Assembly (NCBI GenBank): GCA_038230375.1
Contig: JBBRNJ010000006.1
Coordinates: forward strand, 134,394 to 198,393
Direction: 5' to 3'
Length of the DNA stretch: 64,000 nucleotides
Origin: Polyangiales bacterium
Lineage (GTDB): Bacteria > Myxococcota_A > Polyangia > Polyangiales > Polyangiaceae
Under the pieces are notes generated by a model. It was not told the DNA's origin and ran no database searches. It saw only the letters and a list, made by a program, of their open reading frames with translations. The stretch's first letter is position 1. The number at the start of each line of letters is the position of its first letter. This document shows positions 58,131 to 64,000 of the stretch, in pieces. Position numbers and translations under genes: made by a program.

Positions 58131-59912
58131 ATGTTTCTGCGCGTGGCATGGGGTAGCTCTGTCGTTGCGGTGCCCGTCACCCCGGGTGAGTCCACCCTTG
58201 GTCGCGGCCTCAGCGTGGATACCCACGTGCGGTGCCCAGACATGTCCCGCAAGCACCTGGCCGTGAAGGTAGAGGCGACGCGCGCGTGGGTCATGGACCT
58301 TGCAAGCACGAACGGCACGGAGGTCCGCGGTGCCACCATCGCCCCAGAGAAGTGGGTCGAGATCGGCTTCCGCGAGCCGTTCTTCATCGGCGACGCCAGC
58401 CTCGTGCTCTTGCCTGGCATCCCCGGCGAGGCGCCACGACGGCTCATGGGTGAGCGCGTGTTCGGCTCTGCCCTCGGTGAGCACATGGAGCACTACCAGC
58501 GCACCAATGAGCCGTTTGGCGTGTGTACTATACATGTAAATGCGGAGGCCGAGTGGTCTGACTGTGTGGTGGGCATGCTCGACAACGCGGACGTCATCGG
58601 CTTCCTGTCCGGTGCGTCGGCCCGCGTGATCCTGAAGAAGCGCAAGGCAGAAGAGGTCGCCATTGTCGCGGCCGCCATGCAACGTGCCCTCGCGCGATGC
58701 AGCATCTCCAGTCGCGTGGATGTGCGGTCGTGCCCGAAGGACGGCGAGACGCTGGCGCAGCTCCTGGCCACGCCGGGCGAGGCGCCCATGCGCGATACGC
58801 GAAAGCCCACGGGCCCGATCATGGTGCCGTCGCTCGCGATGGTGCGTGTCTACGAGCTCGTGTCGGAGGTGGCCGGCACGGACGTCAGCGTGCTCGTCCT
58901 TGGCGAGACGGGCGTGGGCAAGGAGGTCATCTCGCGCACCATCCAGCAGCGTTCGCAGCGCGCGGAGGCGCCGTTCGTGTGCCTCAACTGCGCGGCGCTT
59001 CCGGAGGCGCTGCTGGAGAGCGAGCTCTTCGGCTACGAGCGCGGCGCGTTCTCGGGCGCGGTGAACGCGAAGCCGGGCCTCATCGAGAGCGCGGATTCTG
59101 GCACGCTCTTCCTGGACGAGATCGGCGAGCTCCCGCTCTCCACGCAGACGAAGCTTCTCCGCGTGCTGGAGACCCACGAGGTGCCGCGCCTGGGCAGCCT
59201 GAAGGCGAAGCACGTGGACTTCAGGCTGATCGCAGCCACGAACAAGAACCTTCGCGGGGAGATCGCCGCGGGCCGCTTCCGCGCGGATCTCTACTACCGC
59301 ATCAACGGCCTCTCCATCACGATCCCGCCGCTCCGCGAGCGCAAGAACGAGCTGCCGTACCTGGCTGCGCTCTTCGCGGCACGCGCGGCACGCCAGCTGA
59401 AGAAGAACGAGCCCTTCTTCGATCGCGAGGCGCTGCTGGCGCTCGAGGCCTACGACTGGCCGGGCAACGTCCGCGAGCTGAAGAGCGTGGTGGAGCGCGC
59501 GGTGCTCCTGTGTCGCGCGGGCACCGTGCTCACGGAGCACCTGCCGAACGACGTGCTCGGCCCGTCCGAGTTCGACATGGATGACATCCCCACGCTCACG
59601 CTGCGCAACGGTCTGCCAGATGGCTCCGGACCGAACCAGGAGTCACCCAAGGCTCCCACGGTGCGCAGCACCATCCCACCGCCCGCGCGTCCGCTGCCGC
59701 CGGTCTTCACCGCCAGCGGCCCATCCCCCGCGCGCGGCTCGTTGAAGGAAGAGACCGATCGCCTGGAGTACGAGCGAATCGTCGAGGCCCTCCAGCGCTG
59801 CCAGGGAAATCAAAGCCGAGCCGCCGAAGCCCTGGGCATGACCCGCCGAGCACTCATCGTGAGGCTCGACCGCCTCCGCATCCCGAGACCGCGAAAAGCC
59901 GACGTGCCCTGA
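58131..59912 (+). CDS. FHA-domain sigma54-dependent transcriptional activator (bEBP)
   Basis: FHA (LGR, MSRKH, DLASTNGT); GETGVGKE, ESELFG, GAFSGA, FLDEIGE, WPGNVREL; C-terminal HTH; start placed at ATG 58131. Confidence 0.93.
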   Translation: MFLRVAWGSSVVAVPVTPGESTLGRGLSVDTHVRCPDMSRKHLAVKVEATRAWVMDLASTNGTEVRGATIAPEKWVEIGFREPFFIGDASLVLLPGIPGEAPRRLMGERVFGSALGEHMEHYQRTNEPFGVCTIHVNAEAEWSDCVVGMLDNADVIGFLSGASARVILKKRKAEEVAIVAAAMQRALARCSISSRVDVRSCPKDGETLAQLLATPGEAPMRDTRKPTGPIMVPSLAMVRVYELVSEVAGTDVSVLVLGETGVGKEVISRTIQQRSQRAEAPFVCLNCAALPEALLESELFGYERGAFSGAVNAKPGLIESADSGTLFLDEIGELPLSTQTKLLRVLETHEVPRLGSLKAKHVDFRLIAATNKNLRGEIAAGRFRADLYYRINGLSITIPPLRERKNELPYLAALFAARAARQLKKNEPFFDREALLALEAYDWPGNVRELKSVVERAVLLCRAGTVLTEHLPNDVLGPSEFDMDDIPTLTLRNGLPDGSGPNQESPKAPTVRSTIPPPARPLPPVFTASGPSPARGSLKEETDRLEYERIVEALQRCQGNQSRAAEALGMTRRALIVRLDRLRIPRPRKADVP

Positions 59913-59919
59913 CTGCCCG

Positions 59920-59978
59920 CAAGTTGGCTGTGTTGCGTCCAAGTTGGCCGTTTTGCGTCCAGGTTGGCCGTGATTGCG
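59920..59978 (+). repeat. Three ~20-bp direct repeats (CARGTTGGCYGT..TTGCG), candidate enhancer
   Basis: Units start at 59920, 59940 and 59960. Confidence 0.8.
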
Positions 59979-60021
59979 GGGGTGGATTGTGCCTACATTG
60001 GATTTTATCGCTCAATTTGCC

Positions 60022-60037
60022 TGGCATGGTCACTGCA
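60022..60037 (+). promoter_or_regulatory. Candidate sigma54 -24/-12 promoter TGGCATGGTCACTGCA
   Basis: GG-N10-GC spacing with TGGCA and TGCA, 50 bp before ATG 60087. Confidence 0.6.
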
Positions 60038-60086
60038 ACGACCAGGGTCGGACACGGGCAATGGCACGTGGGAGAGAAGAGGAGAG

Positions 60087-61052
60087 ATGATGAGCGATGG
60101 GAATCTGAGCCGGCTTGCAGTGGTGATCGCCTCTGGCTCTCGCGTCGAGAGCAACTTGCTGCACCTGCTCGAAGAGGCCCTGAAGAGCGAGCTCGCGACG
60201 TCGCGCCTCAAGTACGGCGTCGCGCTCGGTGCGGCCGCCCTGCTTCGTGACTCGGTCGTCTGGGATGCGCTCGCCGCGGATGCACAACGTGCTGGCGCGG
60301 GCGAGGCACTCGACCCTGCGCTCACCGCCGCCGCCGAGTACGCTGCCGATCTCTCGCTCGTCCCCAACAGCGATGACGAGAACGCGCGCCTGGTGGAGAC
60401 CATTCGCCTCTCGCTGATGCACGCGTTCCAGAAGGAGCGGTCGGCGCCCGCGGATGTGACTCTCGCTCGGTGCGCGAAGGTCGCGCGCCTGGTTCATGCG
60501 CTGTGCATCGTGCGCGTCACGCAGAAAGAGCAGAGCTTCCGCACCACGCTCGCGGACTCCGACTCGCGTCCGCCTCGGCGCTCCACGCTGCCGTCGCTCA
60601 AGGCCGTGAAACCGGAACGGACATCGGATCATCCGCCGATATCGGAGCCGGTGCCGTCGCTCGCGCGTATCCCGCAGGGCACTTCGCCCATCGGTCTTCG
60701 CGTCCTCGTGATCAGCCCCGACGGCTCCACGCGTCGCGCGATCACGCGCCTGCTCTCCCCGTTCGAGGTCGTCGACGTGGATGGCGCCGCCGCGACGATC
60801 GGTCTGCTCAAGTCGTATCGCGCGTTCGACGTGCTGCTCCTGGACGGCTCCCGCGACGAGGCCGCCGCCGAGAAGCTGGCGCGCACCATCCAGGAGACGT
60901 GGCCGACCGTTGGCGAGCGCATCTTCTACATTCGCCGTCATGAGGCGGTGCCGGTCGCGGAGCCAGACGTGCGCATCAATCTGGTCCGTTCGGACCTCGT
61001 GGAGGCAGTGAATCGCCTGCGTCGCAAGTCCATCGCGAAGGCAAAGGACTAA
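60087..61052 (+). CDS. Hypothetical protein with degenerate C-terminal receiver-like domain
   Basis: RBS gaggag; LRVLVISPD...FDVLLLD lacks the acidic pair; start placed at ATG 60087. Confidence 0.6.
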   Translation: MMSDGNLSRLAVVIASGSRVESNLLHLLEEALKSELATSRLKYGVALGAAALLRDSVVWDALAADAQRAGAGEALDPALTAAAEYAADLSLVPNSDDENARLVETIRLSLMHAFQKERSAPADVTLARCAKVARLVHALCIVRVTQKEQSFRTTLADSDSRPPRRSTLPSLKAVKPERTSDHPPISEPVPSLARIPQGTSPIGLRVLVISPDGSTRRAITRLLSPFEVVDVDGAAATIGLLKSYRAFDVLLLDGSRDEAAAEKLARTIQETWPTVGERIFYIRRHEAVPVAEPDVRINLVRSDLVEAVNRLRRKSIAKAKD

Positions 61053-61094
61053 CAGCGCATGGCGGTGGGCGTGACAGCGCGCTAGACCAACTGC

Positions 61095-63221
61095 GTGGCG
61101 CGTCGCGTCCTCTTCTTGCTGGCCTCTGCTGCCGCGCTTGCCGCGGCGTGCAAGGGCTCGTCCACGGCACCGGTGGATGGGCCGCCGGGCACATGCCCGC
61201 TCGTGGTCTGGTACAAGCCGTCCACCCCGTCGGCGTTCGTGGAGATCGTCGGTGACTTCAATGACTGGAAGCGGCCCGGTGTCGTGCCGGACCACGCGGC
61301 GGATGGATATCGCGCCGCGCGCCTGCATCTCACACCGGGTGAGCATGCGTATGCGATCGTCGAAGACGGCGTGGTGCTCGCGGACAAGAGCGTAGGCACG
61401 ACCGCGACGCACGACGGCGCAGAGGTGTCGTGGGTGGACCTCACGCGGTGCGAGAGCCCCGAGCTCCACGTGAAGGACGTGGCCACCACCGCAAATGGCG
61501 ACGCGACGGTGAGCATCACTCTCACCGCGGGTGCTGGGGGCGCGCCGCTCGACCGCAGCTCCATCGCCGTGCGCGCGGCAGCTGGCGCGGATGCGTTCGC
61601 CGTGGCAGAGGTGCAGGATACAACCATCACCATCTCGGCCCACGGACTTGCGCGCGGCAAGCACACGCTCTTCGTGAGCGCGAAGGACGTGGGCGGTGCT
61701 CCTGCGCCGGAGCTACGAACACCGGTGTGGATCGATCCCACGCCGTTCGCGATGCAGGACATGATCCTGTACCAGGTCATCGTGGATCGCTTCGGCAACG
61801 AGGCGGGCCCCGTGGCGCCGCCGCAGAGCGCTGGCGGGCGCGCGGGCGGTAACGTGAAGGGCGTGCTGGCCGCGCTCCGCTCGGGAAAGCTCGAGGCGCT
61901 CGGCGTCAACACGCTCTGGCTCTCGCCGCTCTACCTGAATCCAGACGGAGATTTCGCAGGCAACGACGGTCGCCGCTACTCCAGCTACCACGGCTACTGG
62001 CCGAAGGATCCGCGTGCGCTCGATCCGCGCGTCGCCACCGACGAGTCGCTTGCTGCGCTGGTGTCGGCCGCTCACGCGAAGGGCATGCGCGTGCTGTTCG
62101 ACGTGGTCCCCAACCACGTGCACGACCAGCACCCGTACTACGCCGCGCACAAGGCCTGGTTCGACGGCACCAGCTCCTGCGTGTGCGGACAGGCCATGTG
62201 CGACTGGGCCACGCACCAGCAGACGTGCTGGTTCGCGCCGTACCTCCCCGACGTGGCGTGGAACGATCCAGAGGCGTCGCGCACCACATCGGAGGACGTG
62301 GCCAACATGGTGCTCGCGCACGACGGCGATGGCGTGCGCATCGATGCCGTGCCGATGATGCCACGGTCGGCCGTGCGCCGCATGGCCTACGATCTCCGTC
62401 GTCTGGTGGACGGCTTTGGGCACGCGTCATTCATGCTCGGAGAGATCTTCACGGGCCCGGGAAATTTTGGCGACATCCGGCAGCACCTCGGCCCGTTCGA
62501 GCTGGACTCCAGCTTCCATTTTCCCTTGATGTGGTCGCTGCGCGGCGCCATCGCGCATTCGTCTTCGCCCATGTCCGAGATCGGCGACACGCTCGATGCG
62601 GCGGACGCGAGCTGGGCTGGGTCCGGTGTCACGCCCACGCTCATCATCGGCAATCACGACGTGACGCGATTCTCCTCCGAGAGCGCTGGCGACGCGGGTG
62701 GGGACGGCTGGGAGCCTGCACCCCAGTCGAGCGACCCGATCGTCTACGCGAAGCAGCGTCTTGCAATGGCTGCAATCTACACGCTTCCAGGAGCGCCCGT
62801 CGTCTACTACGGCGACGAGGTCGCGCTCGCAGGCCGCAGCGATCCAGACTCGCGTCGCGTGATGCCGGCGGACGCCAGCCTGTCAGCGGACCAGGTGGCG
62901 ACGCGCACGTTCGTGGAGAAGCTCGGACGTCTGCGGAGCTGCTCGCCGCAGCTACGACGCGGCACCCGCACGACGCTCCTCGCGACCGCGGAGCGGTATG
63001 TCTTCGCGCGCAGCGCAGACGGGCTCCCACCCGTGATCGTGGAGCTCGGGCGCGCTCCGAAATCGGCAGACCCGATCGTGGTCACGGGCGTCCTTGCAAC
63101 GAAGTACGTCGACGCCCTGACCGGCACGCAGCTGGACGCGAGCAGCGGCACGCTCACCCTGCCACCAACATTGAGAACCGCGAGGGTGCTGCTCCCCGCG
63201 GGAGATCCGTGCCTCCAATGA
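61095..63221 (+). CDS. GH13 alpha-amylase-family lipoprotein with N-terminal CBM48-like domain
   Basis: Lipobox AAAC; VGDFNDW; YHGYW, DVVPNH, GVRIDAV, GEIF, GNHD. Confidence 0.92.
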   Translation: MARRVLFLLASAAALAAACKGSSTAPVDGPPGTCPLVVWYKPSTPSAFVEIVGDFNDWKRPGVVPDHAADGYRAARLHLTPGEHAYAIVEDGVVLADKSVGTTATHDGAEVSWVDLTRCESPELHVKDVATTANGDATVSITLTAGAGGAPLDRSSIAVRAAAGADAFAVAEVQDTTITISAHGLARGKHTLFVSAKDVGGAPAPELRTPVWIDPTPFAMQDMILYQVIVDRFGNEAGPVAPPQSAGGRAGGNVKGVLAALRSGKLEALGVNTLWLSPLYLNPDGDFAGNDGRRYSSYHGYWPKDPRALDPRVATDESLAALVSAAHAKGMRVLFDVVPNHVHDQHPYYAAHKAWFDGTSSCVCGQAMCDWATHQQTCWFAPYLPDVAWNDPEASRTTSEDVANMVLAHDGDGVRIDAVPMMPRSAVRRMAYDLRRLVDGFGHASFMLGEIFTGPGNFGDIRQHLGPFELDSSFHFPLMWSLRGAIAHSSSPMSEIGDTLDAADASWAGSGVTPTLIIGNHDVTRFSSESAGDAGGDGWEPAPQSSDPIVYAKQRLAMAAIYTLPGAPVVYYGDEVALAGRSDPDSRRVMPADASLSADQVATRTFVEKLGRLRSCSPQLRRGTRTTLLATAERYVFARSADGLPPVIVELGRAPKSADPIVVTGVLATKYVDALTGTQLDASSGTLTLPPTLRTARVLLPAGDPCLQ

Positions 63222-63324
63222 CTCCCCACCCCGGATCTCCACCGAAAAGTGTCAGCGTCACTCAGGCGTGAGTTGACAATTCTGGCGTTCGCGCCATGCT
63301 GCGTTCAGGTTTGCGGAGCCCCCC

Positions 63325-64000
63325 ATGTCCTTGCTCACCGACTTCTTCCGGCCCTCGACCCGGACCCCGTTCCGCGCCGCGGCCGCGCTCCTGTTCGCGT
63401 GCGCCATGGTGTCTGCGTTCGTGCTCGCGGCATGCGGTAGCGACGCCACGAACAACAAGGACTTCGGGCAGCCGCCGGATCCCAACATCTTCAACCCCGG
63501 GCTCGGCGGCGGGAATGGCGGATATGGCTCCGGCACCGGCATGGCCAGCGTGCCTCCGCCCGTCTGCCCCGAAGAGTACAAGGCCTGCCCGCACCAGTTC
63601 ACCTACCCGCTAGGCACCGAGACCACCGTCGAGCTCCGCGGTGACTTCGGCGGGCCGGACACGTGGATGAAGGGCGTCCAGATGAAGAAGGACGGCGCCA
63701 ACTGGACGGCCACCGTCGACGTTCCCTACAACAAAGCTGTACAATACAAGTTCTACGTCGACGGCATGACCTGGAAGGTCGACCCCGCGCAGCCGAACGC
63801 CACGGACGCGTCGAACAACACGAACAACACGTTCGTCGGCACCACGTGCGACCCCGCGTCCTGCAACGAGCCCGGCGCGCTCCCGGCCGGCGTCTTCGAC
63901 TGGCGCGACGCGGTCATCTACTTCGTCTTCGTGGACCGCTTCAGCGACGGCAGCGCAGCGAACAACTGCAACGTCGGCGGCGTCAGCGGCCCCATCGCCA
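63325..64000 (+). CDS. Second GH13-type lipoprotein (CBM48-like + start of catalytic domain), truncated by the window end; absent from the ORF track
   Basis: Manual translation from ATG 63325: VLAAC lipobox, VELRGDF...QYKFYVDG..W..DP, WRDAVIYFVFVDRF; TTGACA at 63273-63278. Confidence 0.85.
   Translation, partial: MSLLTDFFRPSTRTPFRAAAALLFACAMVSAFVLAACGSDATNNKDFGQPPDPNIFNPGLGGGNGGYGSGTGMASVPPPVCPEEYKACPHQFTYPLGTETTVELRGDFGGPDTWMKGVQMKKDGANWTATVDVPYNKAVQYKFYVDGMTWKVDPAQPNATDASNNTNNTFVGTTCDPASCNEPGALPAGVFDWRDAVIYFVFVDRFSDGSAANNCNVGGVSGPIA

Noticed and set aside
59920..59978. Direct repeats as a CRISPR array or as sigma54 promoters
   Set aside because: No spacers and no cas genes; GG-to-GC spacing within the units is 7-8, not 10

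Overview
High-GC chromosomal window whose gene content (Hanks kinases, an FHA-sigma54 activator, many Cys-rich lipoproteins) suggests a myxobacterium; this is inference, not a taxonomic assignment. About 42 genes are supportable. I found no rRNA, tRNA, CRISPR array, integrase or transposase. The standout is a translationally coupled five-gene operon at 15954-30405 that looks like an expanded poly-gamma-glutamate (PGA)-type synthesis and export system built for a two-membrane envelope. It encodes: a tandem-duplicated CapC/PgsC fused to a large soluble region; a bitopic beta-rich protein; a lipoprotein with PghP-like PGA-hydrolase zinc motifs; a 1454-aa lipoprotein with a probable C-terminal beta-barrel; and a 1400-aa HEAT-like/CapB(PgsB) ligase fusion. 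No capA, capD or capE is recognisable in the window. A DegT aminotransferase lies just upstream, and GT-C-like, GT2, sulfatase-like and PMM genes flank the operon. Other notable items are a c-type (GH22-like) lysozyme lipoprotein, a pseudokinase with QQMQP repeats, a candidate enhancer plus sigma54 promoter next to the FHA activator, one hexamer microsatellite at two sites, and tandem GH13 lipoproteins. All family calls come from motifs recognised by eye; no database search was run.
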